Positions 38,172-48,947 of a stretch of DNA of 64,000 nucleotides are shown piece by piece. This stretch comes from Patescibacteria group bacterium (GTDB taxonomy: Bacteria > Patescibacteriota > Patescibacteriia > Magasanikbacterales > GWA2-37-8): assembly GCA_041651015.1 (NCBI GenBank), contig JBAZKA010000005.1, forward strand, positions 1,326 to 65,325, read 5' to 3'. The first letter of the stretch is position 1; every line of letters begins with the position of its first letter. A program made the translations under genes and the position numbers. Below the pieces are notes generated by a model, which was given only the letters and a program-made list of their open reading frames with translations, was not told where the DNA came from and did not search any database.

Positions 38172-41100
38172 TCAGCGCTTTATGTTTTTTAACACAAAAA
38201 AATTTGGTTTGAGCGCGATACTTTCAATCTTTGTATTTGTGACCATTTTCGGTTCATTATTTTTTGCGCCGCGTCCGGCGCGAGCACAAATGGACGCAAA
38301 TATTACAAATGCATTCAGGGCATGGCAAGTCAAAGGTACGGTTCAAGAAGTCAAACAAACTCTCAAAGAGAAAGCCCAGTTCATGTTTATGACCGCGCTC
38401 ATGAACGGCTTAAATTATTTTGCCAATAAAATCGCTTATGATATGGGCGTTTGGCTGGCCTCGGGTGATTGGGGTCAAGGGCCGTTTTCCAGCGGAAAAA
38501 GTTTTGGCAGTTATATGGCTCAAGTAGCCGGCGATTCGCTCGGTGAAATGCTTGGCTCACTCAGCGAAGATTTGGGTTTGAATCTCTGCGACTTGCCGGA
38601 TTTGCGTTTGGATTTGGCTCTGCAACTCGGTTTTCATTTTGCGTATAATGAACCAAAGCCGAAATGTTCATGGCAACAACTCCGTGCGGCCTATAATCCG
38701 GAAAATGTTTACAGCAAATATGCTAGTCGCGAGGGCTTGGCCGATAGAATCGGTTTGGGTGTGAATGTCAAAGACACTGATATGGGTATTTGGTTTAAAT
38801 CCAAAGAAACAATTGACGCTTATACCGAAGAACAAGTGGCCGGCGCTTCGGGCGAGGATGCGCGCGGCGAGGGTATCAGCGCCATGACGGAAATTATTTC
38901 CGGCAAACAAGTTACTCCGGCCGCTGCCATGAAACAAGAAATGCTGGCACAAACTCCATCCAAACAGCAAGAAGGGCGCGCGGCTGATACTCGTTCCATG
39001 ACCAATGCCGCTTTGCAAAAAGGCGCGACCACGGTGGCGCTCAACGCAGTCAGTACTTTTGTAAATACTTTACTGGGCACGGTGGTAAATAATTTTGTTA
39101 CCAAAGGCATGTTGCCGGGCGGAAAAACAATTTGCAACCCGGGACTCAGTATTACCGGCGTGGGTTGGAACCAATGCGCTGATTCTGATTCCTCCGACAC
39201 GCTTGCCGCAAATTATTACACCTCTGGTTCGGAAACGGACAACCGCCGGGCGGCTCAAGAATTATTTTCAGAATTGCTCGCGCCGAAAATTACTACTTTG
39301 GAAAATTATGATTTGGCCACCAATATGGCCGAGTGTTCCGAGGATAATAAATCTCCGGACGCCTGCGTGATTGATCAGTCATTCATGCAAATTTTACAGC
39401 AGGCTGATTTGGGTGACGCACTCACCATCAAGCAAGCGATGGAACGCGGACTTTTGCACGGCGATTGGAAATTAATATCCCCGAACAATGCCGAGGAAAC
39501 CGATAAATGGACTTGCGCCGAAGAAGCTTATTGTTATCGCAACATTAAATTTTTACGCCAAGCCAGAATTTTGCCGGTCGGATTTGAAATGGCCGCTTAT
39601 ATCGCCAATGCGTCCACTCCGCCGAGTTTGTCCGATGTGGTGAATGGTTTTTATGATGAATCAAGCGCGTATTATCATTTGATCAATCCACAGTGGGTAA
39701 TCAAAATGCCCAAAATGCGTTGCGCTTCGTATGCTTACGGCGCCGTGGCCCAAGACGGTGTGCGCGTGCAGGAATGTGTGGATTTGCAACATTGCGTCGG
39801 CTACAACAAAGACGGCACCTGCCAATCATGGGGTTATTGTATGAAAGAAAAACCGGTTTGGAAATTTGATGCCGGTTATTGCGATTCAATTTATAGTACT
39901 TGCAAAGCTTTCACCGGCGCAGACGGCGACGCTTCATACCTTACTCGCACATTGGACACCACTGAATGCAATTCAGATAATGTTGGTTGCGCCAGATATT
40001 CGCGCGACAAATATTATGTAAATTCATCAACCGTGGATTGGTATTCGCAGTTGGCCGTATATAATGCCACTGATGAAACTTTTACCAACACCGGAATTCA
40101 TTTTAATAAATCAGTTTCCACTTGCTCGGCCGAAAATGACGGGTGCAGCGCGTTCAAATTAGCGAGTGACAACTCCACTTTATTGTATCTCAAAAAGGCG
40201 CCGGATTATCTGGGTTGCTATGATGCCGACCCGTCAACCGCCGCCAATTCTTTAGCCTTGCTCAACAAAAAAATCTCCAACGGCGTCCAGTGGCCGATGA
40301 CTTTATCCGGCTTGAATTTGATTCAACCGCAAGACAAAAAAGCCTGCGCCAATTACGCGCAAGTTTGTTTGCCCGAAGAAGTAAATTGTAATTATTACAC
40401 GGCTTCATACACCGGCGAGAAAATTCCGGCCAAGTTTACTCCGGCAGTCGTGAGCGACGGCCTGGTGACTTGGAATGATCAATGCGACGCAGTCTGCAAC
40501 GGTTATGCCGCCTACCAAGAAATGCCGAGTAATTATTCCAGCGGGCAAAATTTATCATATATAATACCTTCGTCTGGAAATTCTTGCATTGCTTCGCAAT
40601 CCGGCTGTACCGCTTTTACCAATTTGAATGCCAACTCGGGCGGGATGGAACAAAAAGAATATTTTTCTTATCTGCGCCTCTGCGCTTTGCCTGATCAGAC
40701 CAAGCAAAAAAATTATACTGTTTACGAAAGTTCGGAATCCGGCGGTTATTCCATCAAGACTTACACCCTGGTAAAAAATGACAGCAACAACGGACCCAAA
40801 CAAATTTTCCGCGATGCCGACGAGTATGCCGAGTTAGCCCCGTTATGTTCTCAAACGGCTTATGAAGCCGGCACGGCTGATCCGGATTGTCATCAATTTA
40901 TCGGCGATGATGCCTCCAAATATTACGCGTTTTTATCCAAGACAATTATCGCGACCGACCAATGCACGCCATATCGTCTAAGTTCCCCGGAGCTAATAGC
41001 GTTAACCTCAACCGATTTGCGTTGCGCTTATGATTACGATTATTACGGCGTTGATCGCCGTGCCGGTTCTTCCACCGTGGAATTCAAGAGCAATGCCTGT

Positions 41101-44100
41101 TATTACATGGGCACGACCGTCGGTACCAATGGCGCGGGCGATACGCGCACCTGCAATTCTAATGTTGAATCCTGTCGCGCTTACAAAGGCAATGCCGGCA
41201 ACAACGTCAGATTATTATTAAATGAAGATTTTGAAAATGCCGATTTGACGAATTGGGGTGTGTCGGCCAGTTCCGCGTCCACTGTCACTATTGCCACTTC
41301 CACCGAGTCCACGCAAATTGATGGGCATTCTTTACGCGTGAATGTGAAGACGAATTCTAGTGCAGCCACGGCTTACGCGCAATTAAACGGCCTTCCCGTG
41401 ACCAAAGGTAAAGCTTACACCATATCATTTTGGGCCAAAGGCAGTGCGGCTCTGAAAAGTGTTAGTTTGGCGAGCGCGGATTTTGAAGGTTCGTTTACCG
41501 ACAGCGAAATTAATTCGTCCGATGTTTGGAAATATTATTCCTTCGGTCCGCTAAATTACAACGGCAGCGCGACTACTTCGATTTTATATTTACCTTTGAG
41601 TGCGACCGGCGGCGCGACCCAACAATTATTTATAGACAACATCCGCTTGACCGAGGTGGCTGATTATATATATTTGGTAAAAAATTCTTTGAGCGTCAAT
41701 GCGCTGTGCGACAGTGATACCTCGGATAATTTGCCGGGCGAGGCACTGGGTTGCACGGCTTATTCTGATCCGCTCAAAAATATGTTTTATCTCACCGGCT
41801 TTAATTATCTTTGCCGTGAAGCCGCAGTTGGCTGTACGGCCGTGCTGGACACCTACAACACGCCGGATGATCCCAATGCGCAAGCTTATAATGTTTGGAT
41901 TGCCGGCGCCTCAGGCGGTACCGCATCTGCTACTGTGGGCGGGGAAACATTTACTTGCCAAGTACCGACCGGCGAGACCGGATGTTATACCGATATAATG
42001 GGTTATACGGCGGCACAATTGGTGGCGGCCGGTAATGTTCACTTGACCAGTTCCACAATTTATATTCCGCCGGACACCACCACCTCCACCCCGATTTATT
42101 TGGTAGCCAATCAAAGCGCGACATGCAAAGCGGAAAATTTAGGTTGCGAAGTTTTGGGCAAATCAACGGTGAGTGCCAGCGGATTATCCTATAAGGTGGA
42201 TGGCATTCTGGTAGTCCATTACGAAACATTTGAAGAGACGGCCGTATTAAATAATCCCGCGCTTTATAGCGATACATTGTGTAAAAACGAAGAAGCCGGT
42301 TGCAGCGCGTGGACCTCGGGCGACAGCTCATATTATTTCAAAAAACCAAACGCCACCTGCACATACAAAACAGATAAATTTATTTCCATTGAGCCTCCGG
42401 CCGCCGGCGTGGAAATTAAATCAGTAAATCTAAAAGCCAATTCCATTGGCTGGGTGATGCAGGACACGGGCATTTGCGTGCGAAACGAACTTTCTTCTTA
42501 TGGAATTGTTGGTAGTTCCATCTTTGGTATTGGCGGTTTTATACTTAATTCAGGGTCCCATTACATGGGCCGATACTGCGCTACTGATGCCGATTGTGTT
42601 ATCGGCACCTCTACCGGTACCTGCAAATATGTCAATCAAGTGCCGTGTTATCCGGCTTCAAGAAAACCGAGCGGGGAATATCAATTATGGTCATCGGGTA
42701 ATCCTGTCAAATACTATAATTACGTCGGCACATGTCCACAAGAGCAATCCGGTTGCACCGAGTATGTTGATCATAGTTCATCTGATAATAACGTCTGCGC
42801 CATGACCGGCGAAGTCTGCACTGATGATAGCGATTGTGAGACAGAGGGTGATACTTGCGTGGCAAATGAGGATAGCGCGTATTATTTAATTGATAATGAA
42901 AAACTTCAAGCGCAAGAAGCGGCCTGTAATGGCCAGGTCAGCCAAGCCGAAGGTTGCGCCCTGTTGGACAATACCAATAATCCCAATAAATATTGGAACA
43001 CAACTTCATCATATGCGTTATCAACAAGCAATGATGAAAATTTGGTGACCCCGGTTGATAAAGGCAATGCCAATGATGCTAACACAATTTTAAAAGTCAA
43101 ACACGATCGCGAATGCGCCGAGTGGGCGTATTGTGATTTTAAACAAACATATGTTGATTCGGAAACCAATGAAACCGCTTCGCGCTGTTATCATTTGGGC
43201 GTATGCCAGCAAGCAAGCTCGGCGGTTGGAGTTAGCGGCCGATGCGCGGAAGGTGGCGTAGTGACTGGTAGTTGGCTTGGTAAAGACAAAGTGCTTGATA
43301 AAAATTACTATCAATCCCTTTATTCATCGTGGGATTCAATTGATTTGTCCGGATATTCCATACCTTTTACGTATCAAATACCTGATTTAAGAGTGCGTAA
43401 TGTTGATGATACTAATCGTTTGGTTTATGTGACCACGACCGCATTATGCACTGACGAGACTGATAACGGCAGTGCATGCGGCTCGGGTGGTGCTTGTTAT
43501 AACGGAGAATGCTTATTTAATTATATAGGTCCGGGAAATTCCGTCACTTCGTCACGAAGTATATCTTGTCGCAGCTATCCTGAAGACTCCAGTCCGTTTT
43601 CCACCAGCGTATTGAGTGACAATACGGTTTGGGGCGATGGCGGATCGTCTGGCGGACATTTAATGTCAGCAATATACAAAACCGGTTTTGAAAACACGAA
43701 TTTGTGTTATGATGATTCGGGCGAACTCACCAACAATAAATGTGATTGTAGCTATGATAAATTTCAAACATCGGGTGGGGATATCTTTACTCAGGTCGGA
43801 CGCTCCACCGCTTCGGGCTATGTTTGCTCGGGCGGATCATATAATGGCAAAGATTGCGACGGTTCGGATGATATAGATACCTGTGGCACTGGTGGGACGT
43901 GTTCAAAAGTAAATTCCGTATCAGTCATGACCGGTTGGCAAGGATATTGCATGGAAAAAGATTTACGTCAGACTATAAATGGTACAAGCAATCATCGTTG
44001 TCTTACATGGTGGCCGCTTGAGCTTGCTCCGGGAACTTCAGATATTTGGGCGACTGATCCGAGCGCCGGTTATGAAGTGGGTGAGACCGACGATCGGTAT

Positions 44101-46341
44101 ATGTGTTTGATTAATGCGCCGACCAACAGAAAGCGCTCCACTGCTTATCCTACTTTTAATATGGGAGGTGCCTCAATGCAGGCGGACTGGGGAAATTCCA
44201 CGGGTAGTCTTCAAGGTCCGAATGGTGAGGCGATTCTTTATTCCGGCTCAGCGACTGTTGTTTATAATTCTTTGGAAAATAGCATCGTCACCGGATGTTG
44301 GGACACGAGTGCTAATGCGTTTGATGCTATTTGGGGGTTGTCTATGTCAGATGGAGACGATTCGCAAGGTAAATATTGTCCAATAAATAAAAATACATTG
44401 AAAGAAGCCGGGTCAAATCTCGCTCGGATCAGTTTGCCGGTCGGGCAGACATATTTGCAGAGGAATGATATTGAGAGAATAGATGTTTATCTTGATAAAC
44501 GGTACTCTGGCGACGGTGGTGATGGTGCTGGTTGTAGTGACGGTTGGGTGAGTTTTTACAATGATTTACTTGACGAGAACGAGGATCAATCTTTTATCGT
44601 TAAAGAATGGTTTAGACCGGGTTGTACAAATTCAAGCTGGAGAAAAAAGAGTTTTGGTAGTACCCCTTATTCATTATTAACCGACTGGTATTCGTGGCAA
44701 TGGGAAGGGGGCAATCTCGACGGAGATGGTAATTGGGTTAAAGATAGCAGTATTGTGTACAATCTACAAAACGATACCTATGCGTCCATAACACAAAACA
44801 ATGATTCAGGCAATGGCACTGGTATTCGGATTATATTTGATTCCAAAAATAATTTCAGAGGTATCTGGGTTGATGGCGAAGATAACGCGTCTGGTAGTAC
44901 CGATATGGGATTTTTCTTTGTCATTACTCTACGTGATGGTCGTTGCGCGGAACAATTGCAAATTTCCGATGAAGATGATGAATATTTTGGTTTTAAACCA
45001 TTTACCGGAAGACTAGCACTTGGAGACTTATCTGTCGGTGGAGACTGGGCGGAGTTTGGATTGTCTGCCACTCGCACCAAAGAGATGGATAACCCAAATT
45101 ATGGTTTAAATAGTGATAGCTCACCGCGCACTCTTATCAATCCATTTGTTACGTTATTGGGCAAGTATGGTGCTAACGCCCACAGTCCGCAGGGTATCTC
45201 CGATCCAGATACGGCCATGACAATTCACGCTTCAGATTATGACGCCGGTGTGCCGTTGAGCGTAATGAGGGTGCAAGATGCACCAGCAAGCGAGTACGCG
45301 AGATTTTATGTTGAAAAAGTTAGTGACTGTGCGGCGAACCCGGGTGCACCATATTGTCAGATGCTTAAGCGAATGTTTGCTCGAGTTTATTCGGATAGAT
45401 TGCTGGTGCGCGTGTCGGACGGTGTTTACGCGTTCAAAGATGATCCGACGACATCCGATGGTACAATAGTGGTAAAAAACGGGACATCGGTAGATGACTT
45501 TGACTCTACTGCCGACGCTGCCAATCCGGCAACCGCAAAGACATTAAAATTAATTCTTTATCCGCCACGTGTGGCGGCTCCAACATCTGCCGGTTACGAG
45601 ATAGATGCAGTTGCAGTTAACGGACAAACATCCGGCAATGTGTACTTGGCATCTGGTGCGACTGCGGCGATTCAATTTTACGCGTGGGCTTCACCCAACC
45701 AAATGCCACTGCGCCGTGTCGCGGTCAGAAAAGGCGATGGCACGGATCCAGTAGCGGTTGAGAGCGAAAGTTTAAGTAATAAAAAACCGTCATGCAATAC
45801 AAAATTTTGTGATTGCAATCGCAATACGGGTACAGGTGGAGATGAATTTTGTATTCAGGACCTTAGTGAATTGATGCCTTGTAGTAATGATAGTGATTGC
45901 GACGGATTAACGAACAACACCGTATGCTCAGGCTCTTCCGCCTCCGGTTATACGACCTTTGGCTCGACTTCGGACACCGGCTGCAAAGCCGAACCCTATG
46001 ATTTCATTGTGGATTATTCTTGCCCAATGGGTGGCAGTGAAGGAGCAAAAGTTTATCCATCATCCGCCTCCACCTACGGCATAAATTGGAACACAGACAT
46101 TGTCGCCAATTTCGGTGATGTTCCTTACGTTTGCGCCTTCCAACCCAAAGTTCAGGTGTTGGATAATTGGGGTTGGTGCACTAGTCGAGCGCCAGGTACA
46201 AACGGTGGATGTAATTATTCTTCAAATGAATATGTGAATGGATACGGGTGTTATGCGGAGGATGTATATGATTATTGCGCTTTAAGTAAATCACAACCGT
46301 GGGTACTATATGGTGGTTACGTGGTCGTAGTGCCAATGTAA
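38158..46341 (+). CDS. Giant (2727 aa) Cys-rich extracellular/surface protein with polymorphic C-terminal module
   Basis: Uninterrupted 8.2-kb ORF. N-terminal signal/anchor (FGLSAILSIFVFVTIFGSLFFAP). Hundreds of Cys spaced as in disulfide-rich repeats. The C-terminal 125 aa are homologous to the downstream orphan ORF 47885-48259. Confidence 0.85.
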   Translation: MLRNNQRFMFFNTKKFGLSAILSIFVFVTIFGSLFFAPRPARAQMDANITNAFRAWQVKGTVQEVKQTLKEKAQFMFMTALMNGLNYFANKIAYDMGVWLASGDWGQGPFSSGKSFGSYMAQVAGDSLGEMLGSLSEDLGLNLCDLPDLRLDLALQLGFHFAYNEPKPKCSWQQLRAAYNPENVYSKYASREGLADRIGLGVNVKDTDMGIWFKSKETIDAYTEEQVAGASGEDARGEGISAMTEIISGKQVTPAAAMKQEMLAQTPSKQQEGRAADTRSMTNAALQKGATTVALNAVSTFVNTLLGTVVNNFVTKGMLPGGKTICNPGLSITGVGWNQCADSDSSDTLAANYYTSGSETDNRRAAQELFSELLAPKITTLENYDLATNMAECSEDNKSPDACVIDQSFMQILQQADLGDALTIKQAMERGLLHGDWKLISPNNAEETDKWTCAEEAYCYRNIKFLRQARILPVGFEMAAYIANASTPPSLSDVVNGFYDESSAYYHLINPQWVIKMPKMRCASYAYGAVAQDGVRVQECVDLQHCVGYNKDGTCQSWGYCMKEKPVWKFDAGYCDSIYSTCKAFTGADGDASYLTRTLDTTECNSDNVGCARYSRDKYYVNSSTVDWYSQLAVYNATDETFTNTGIHFNKSVSTCSAENDGCSAFKLASDNSTLLYLKKAPDYLGCYDADPSTAANSLALLNKKISNGVQWPMTLSGLNLIQPQDKKACANYAQVCLPEEVNCNYYTASYTGEKIPAKFTPAVVSDGLVTWNDQCDAVCNGYAAYQEMPSNYSSGQNLSYIIPSSGNSCIASQSGCTAFTNLNANSGGMEQKEYFSYLRLCALPDQTKQKNYTVYESSESGGYSIKTYTLVKNDSNNGPKQIFRDADEYAELAPLCSQTAYEAGTADPDCHQFIGDDASKYYAFLSKTIIATDQCTPYRLSSPELIALTSTDLRCAYDYDYYGVDRRAGSSTVEFKSNACYYMGTTVGTNGAGDTRTCNSNVESCRAYKGNAGNNVRLLLNEDFENADLTNWGVSASSASTVTIATSTESTQIDGHSLRVNVKTNSSAATAYAQLNGLPVTKGKAYTISFWAKGSAALKSVSLASADFEGSFTDSEINSSDVWKYYSFGPLNYNGSATTSILYLPLSATGGATQQLFIDNIRLTEVADYIYLVKNSLSVNALCDSDTSDNLPGEALGCTAYSDPLKNMFYLTGFNYLCREAAVGCTAVLDTYNTPDDPNAQAYNVWIAGASGGTASATVGGETFTCQVPTGETGCYTDIMGYTAAQLVAAGNVHLTSSTIYIPPDTTTSTPIYLVANQSATCKAENLGCEVLGKSTVSASGLSYKVDGILVVHYETFEETAVLNNPALYSDTLCKNEEAGCSAWTSGDSSYYFKKPNATCTYKTDKFISIEPPAAGVEIKSVNLKANSIGWVMQDTGICVRNELSSYGIVGSSIFGIGGFILNSGSHYMGRYCATDADCVIGTSTGTCKYVNQVPCYPASRKPSGEYQLWSSGNPVKYYNYVGTCPQEQSGCTEYVDHSSSDNNVCAMTGEVCTDDSDCETEGDTCVANEDSAYYLIDNEKLQAQEAACNGQVSQAEGCALLDNTNNPNKYWNTTSSYALSTSNDENLVTPVDKGNANDANTILKVKHDRECAEWAYCDFKQTYVDSETNETASRCYHLGVCQQASSAVGVSGRCAEGGVVTGSWLGKDKVLDKNYYQSLYSSWDSIDLSGYSIPFTYQIPDLRVRNVDDTNRLVYVTTTALCTDETDNGSACGSGGACYNGECLFNYIGPGNSVTSSRSISCRSYPEDSSPFSTSVLSDNTVWGDGGSSGGHLMSAIYKTGFENTNLCYDDSGELTNNKCDCSYDKFQTSGGDIFTQVGRSTASGYVCSGGSYNGKDCDGSDDIDTCGTGGTCSKVNSVSVMTGWQGYCMEKDLRQTINGTSNHRCLTWWPLELAPGTSDIWATDPSAGYEVGETDDRYMCLINAPTNRKRSTAYPTFNMGGASMQADWGNSTGSLQGPNGEAILYSGSATVVYNSLENSIVTGCWDTSANAFDAIWGLSMSDGDDSQGKYCPINKNTLKEAGSNLARISLPVGQTYLQRNDIERIDVYLDKRYSGDGGDGAGCSDGWVSFYNDLLDENEDQSFIVKEWFRPGCTNSSWRKKSFGSTPYSLLTDWYSWQWEGGNLDGDGNWVKDSSIVYNLQNDTYASITQNNDSGNGTGIRIIFDSKNNFRGIWVDGEDNASGSTDMGFFFVITLRDGRCAEQLQISDEDDEYFGFKPFTGRLALGDLSVGGDWAEFGLSATRTKEMDNPNYGLNSDSSPRTLINPFVTLLGKYGANAHSPQGISDPDTAMTIHASDYDAGVPLSVMRVQDAPASEYARFYVEKVSDCAANPGAPYCQMLKRMFARVYSDRLLVRVSDGVYAFKDDPTTSDGTIVVKNGTSVDDFDSTADAANPATAKTLKLILYPPRVAAPTSAGYEIDAVAVNGQTSGNVYLASGATAAIQFYAWASPNQMPLRRVAVRKGDGTDPVAVESESLSNKKPSCNTKFCDCNRNTGTGGDEFCIQDLSELMPCSNDSDCDGLTNNTVCSGSSASGYTTFGSTSDTGCKAEPYDFIVDYSCPMGGSEGAKVYPSSASTYGINWNTDIVANFGDVPYVCAFQPKVQVLDNWGWCTSRAPGTNGGCNYSSNEYVNGYGCYAEDVYDYCALSKSQPWVLYGGYVVVVPM

Positions 46342-46378
46342 ACAAATGATCAATGATTGAGGTAAAAAACGAATTAAC

Positions 46379-46410
46379 CCACGCAAGAAATTGCGTGGGT
46401 TTGGTTTTTG
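46379..46410. terminator. Terminator (member of a repeated terminator family)
   Basis: cccacgcaagaaattgcgtgggtttggttttt. Near-identical unit at 48291-48323. Confidence 0.7.
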
Positions 46411-46460
46411 TGGAGCTGTGCACTCCTTAGGTAGGACCGATCGCTTTGCGCGGTCGGCGG

Positions 46461-47003
46461 TTATGGCTGGTAACGAATGAGCGAATCTGCAATATCGTCA
46501 TTCACAACGATGTCAATTGAGTCTGAAGCCGCGTGGTAGATGATGCAAATCGTAGAGGTACTGCTAGAATAACAGACAGACGTACCAGTACCGACGAAAA
46601 CGACTTCCGAATTGATTGGGCAGCTGTCCTCTTCCCACGGTAGATCAGCGTGATCGGTTTCACATTGATCGTCCGGAAATTCCGTGGTAAAAACACAACC
46701 CAAGGAGGTGTTGTCTTGTCCAACCCACGTATCCGCAAAGAAGTCGCCGGTCTGGTTGCACGCTTCCTCGGCCTCGGTATCCGTCTCCGTATCCGCGTCG
46801 GTGTCGGAGTCGCTGTCGGAATCACTGTCGGAATCGGTATCCGTATCCGTATCGGAATCCGAGTCGGAATCACTGTCGGAATCGGTATCCGTATCCGTAT
46901 CGGAATCCGAATCCGCGGAACCGCCGTCATCACCACAGGCGGTGATGAACGAGAACAAGGAAATGATGGTGATGAGAATCGCGAACCGATAAAATTTTTC
47001 CAT
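46461..47003 (-). CDS. Lipoprotein with (DS/DT)n acidic repeat linker and Cys-containing C-terminal domain
   Basis: GGAGGGTACC-ATG. Lipobox FITAC. SADSDSDTDTDTDSDSDSDSD... repeat. Paralogue of 48384-48947. Candidate immunity partner of the upstream C-terminal module (inference). Confidence 0.6.
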   Translation of the reverse strand: MEKFYRFAILITIISLFSFITACGDDGGSADSDSDTDTDTDSDSDSDSDSDTDTDTDSDSDSDSDSDTDADTETDTEAEEACNQTGDFFADTWVGQDNTSLGCVFTTEFPDDQCETDHADLPWEEDSCPINSEVVFVGTGTSVCYSSSTSTICIIYHAASDSIDIVVNDDIADSLIRYQP

Positions 47004-47295
47004 GGTACCCTCCCCATTGCCAACCCATCGGGCCGGCGTCAATCCGCGAGCTGACCGAAGTCAAAGCGCGGACTTTGTTGCGAACCTTTTTTGTTTCGCC
47101 CCCTCATGGGGCAGAGAAGCGCGGCCTAACGAAATGACAAATTTCCAATTTCCAATGTCAAATCAATGCCAAAATCCAAACGTCAAATTTTTAAATTTTG
47201 AGCTTTGGATTTGATTGAATATTTGTCATTGGATATTTGACATTAAGCAACACTTTTCTACCTCATAAGAAAGGCGTCTAATCCTACCTGTATTG

Positions 47296-47420
47296 TAAAG
47301 AGCGGTTTTTGGCCGACATTCGGCCTCTATTTCTATTTTAACCCATTTTCGTGGGTAAAACAAGATATAATAGCACGTTTTGGGGGATTTGTCAAGAGGG
47401 GGCGGGTGTGATAGTATAAT
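47296..47420 (+). promoter_or_regulatory. About 120-bp conserved promoter repeat (copy 1) driving hicBA
   Basis: ctattttaacccattttcgtgggtaaaacaagatataatagcacgttttgggggatttgtcaag is almost identical to 49195-49262. TTGTCA -35-like, TAGTATAAT -10-like. Confidence 0.6.
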
Positions 47421-47446
47421 GATAGCTAAATAATAATTTTATATCT

Positions 47447-47704
47447 ATGCGTCGGAATAAACTAAATTACAACCTAATTTTTCGTCCTGAACCGGAGGGT
47501 GGTTTTACCGTAGTTGTTCCATCATTACCTGGCTGCATTACCTATGGTAAAAGCCTTGAAGAAGCGCGCAAAGCGGCGGCAGACGCTATTCGTGGATATG
47601 TCGCCAGCCTAAAAAAACATCATGAATACCTCCCGACTGACGAAGCTAATTTTATATCCTCTTTTGATTTAGAAATATCCAAGCCATATGCCGCGCGCGC
47701 CTAG
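47447..47704 (+). CDS. hicB: HicB-family antitoxin
   Basis: IFRPEPEGGFTVVVPSLPGCITYGKSLEEARKAAADAI matches the HicB/UPF0150 fold. Confidence 0.8.
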   Translation: MRRNKLNYNLIFRPEPEGGFTVVVPSLPGCITYGKSLEEARKAAADAIRGYVASLKKHHEYLPTDEANFISSFDLEISKPYAARA

Positions 47705-47888
47705 GCTAACGGCCAAACAAATTATTAAAATGTTAAAAGAAAATGGTTTTGTATTAGACCATGCTTCCGGTAGTCATTATATTTTTTATCATCCGGTATC
47801 TCACAAACGAGTGACAGTGCCATATCATTCTAGGACACTCCCGATGGGCACACTAAAAAGTATTTTGCGAGCGGCAGAGTTGAATTGA
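47688..47888 (+). CDS. hicA: HicA-family mRNA interferase toxin
   Basis: KQIIKMLKENGFVLDHASGSHYIFYHP...RVTVPYHSRTLPMGTLKSILRAAEL. Overlaps hicB. Confidence 0.8.
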   Translation: MPRAPRLTAKQIIKMLKENGFVLDHASGSHYIFYHPVSHKRVTVPYHSRTLPMGTLKSILRAAELN

Positions 47889-48259
47889 ATTTTTCCCAAC
47901 TTTCCTTCGGCTCCACCGCCGACACCGGCTGTAAGAGTAGGCCGTTGGAATTTATCACTGATTACAACTGTCCGTCGGCCGCGGCAAATATAGTTGGTTG
48001 GGACACTTCAGGTTATGGTATTGATTGGAATTATATCGCCGCCAATTACGGTCATCCGACTTATGTTTGCGCCTTCAAACCAAAAGTTCAAGTGTTGGAT
48101 AATTGGGGTTGGTGCACGGGGAGTTGTACCAATGATGACGACGTGGTGAAGGGGAATGGGTGTTATTCAGAATCAGACACTGGAGACCAATGTAAAACAT
48201 CCTATACTAAACCATGGGTCAATTACGATGGATATATCGTTGTAGTGCCAGTGTTGTAA
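47885..48259 (+). other. Orphan C-terminal module (no ATG; TTG at the junction) homologous to the giant protein's C-terminus
   Basis: (TTG)NFSQLSFGSTADTGCKSRPLEFITDYNCP...YVCAFKPKVQVLDNWGWCTG...YIVVVPVL versus giant C-terminus FGSTSDTGCKAEPYDFIVDYSCP...YVCAFQPKVQVLDNWGWCTS...YVVVVPM. About 90% nucleotide identity across tatgtttgcgccttcaaaccaaaagttcaagtgttggataattggggttggtgcac. Confidence 0.75.
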
Positions 48260-48290
48260 AATATAAATTACGTAGATAATAAAAAATAAA

Positions 48291-48323
48291 CCCTCGCAAG
48301 AAATTGCGGGGGTTTGGTTTTTT
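48291..48323. terminator. Terminator (second copy of repeated terminator)
   Basis: ccctcgcaagaaattgcgggggtttggtttttt. Confidence 0.7.
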
Positions 48324-48383
48324 GTGGAGCAAAGGCTCCGAGGTAGGATTGTTGTGCCGGCCAAGAGTTGGCCGACAGCGGGG

Positions 48384-48947
48384 TTAACAGCCGCAACGGA
48401 CGTAGGTCGTGCCATCAGTTTCTCCGTCATCCACGGAGTACTGTTGACGGAAACCACCGTCACTGTCAACGTAAAATTCCATTGTGGTTGATGTGTTAGC
48501 GTCGTACTCGCTATACGGCAATGCAGTCATATCTACTGTTCCGGTTGCGACAGCACCGTCACCGGAAAAAGTCACTTGACACGTGGTCACCGCGTATGTT
48601 AGGACGGTGTTGAGAATGTAGTCGGAGTCGCAACAATGATTTTCAGCGTACATATCGCCCTCAATGTCCACGCATCCCTCGGCATCCGATGTGCCGTTGA
48701 GGCAATCGCACGAAGTGTCGGCATCCGTGTCCGTGTCGGTATCCGAGTCGCTGTCCGAATCGGTATCGGTATCCGTATCCGAGTCGCTGTCGGAATCCGA
48801 ATCCGTGTCACTGTCGCTGTCCGAATCGGCATCGGTGTCCGAATCCGCAGAGGAACCGCCGTCGTCACCACAAGCGGTGACAAACGTGGAGAGGGAGGCC
48901 ATCATGACGATGGCCATGATCGCGAACAAATTCGCCAGCTTCGTCAT
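48384..48947 (-). CDS. Lipoprotein paralogue with (DS/DT)n acidic repeat linker and divergent Cys-rich C-terminal domain
   Basis: AAGGAAG-ATG. Lipobox FVTAC. SSADSDTDADSDSDSDTDSDSD... repeat. C-terminal domain differs from 46461-47003. Confidence 0.6.
   Translation of the reverse strand: MTKLANLFAIMAIVMMASLSTFVTACGDDGGSSADSDTDADSDSDSDTDSDSDSDSDTDTDTDSDSDSDTDTDTDADTSCDCLNGTSDAEGCVDIEGDMYAENHCCDSDYILNTVLTYAVTTCQVTFSGDGAVATGTVDMTALPYSEYDANTSTTMEFYVDSDGGFRQQYSVDDGETDGTTYVRCGC

Noticed and set aside
38668-45080. Numerous 60-130-aa ORFs on the minus strand within the giant gene
   Set aside because: All lie inside the continuous 8.2-kb plus-strand ORF whose C-terminus is independently supported by the downstream paralogous modules.
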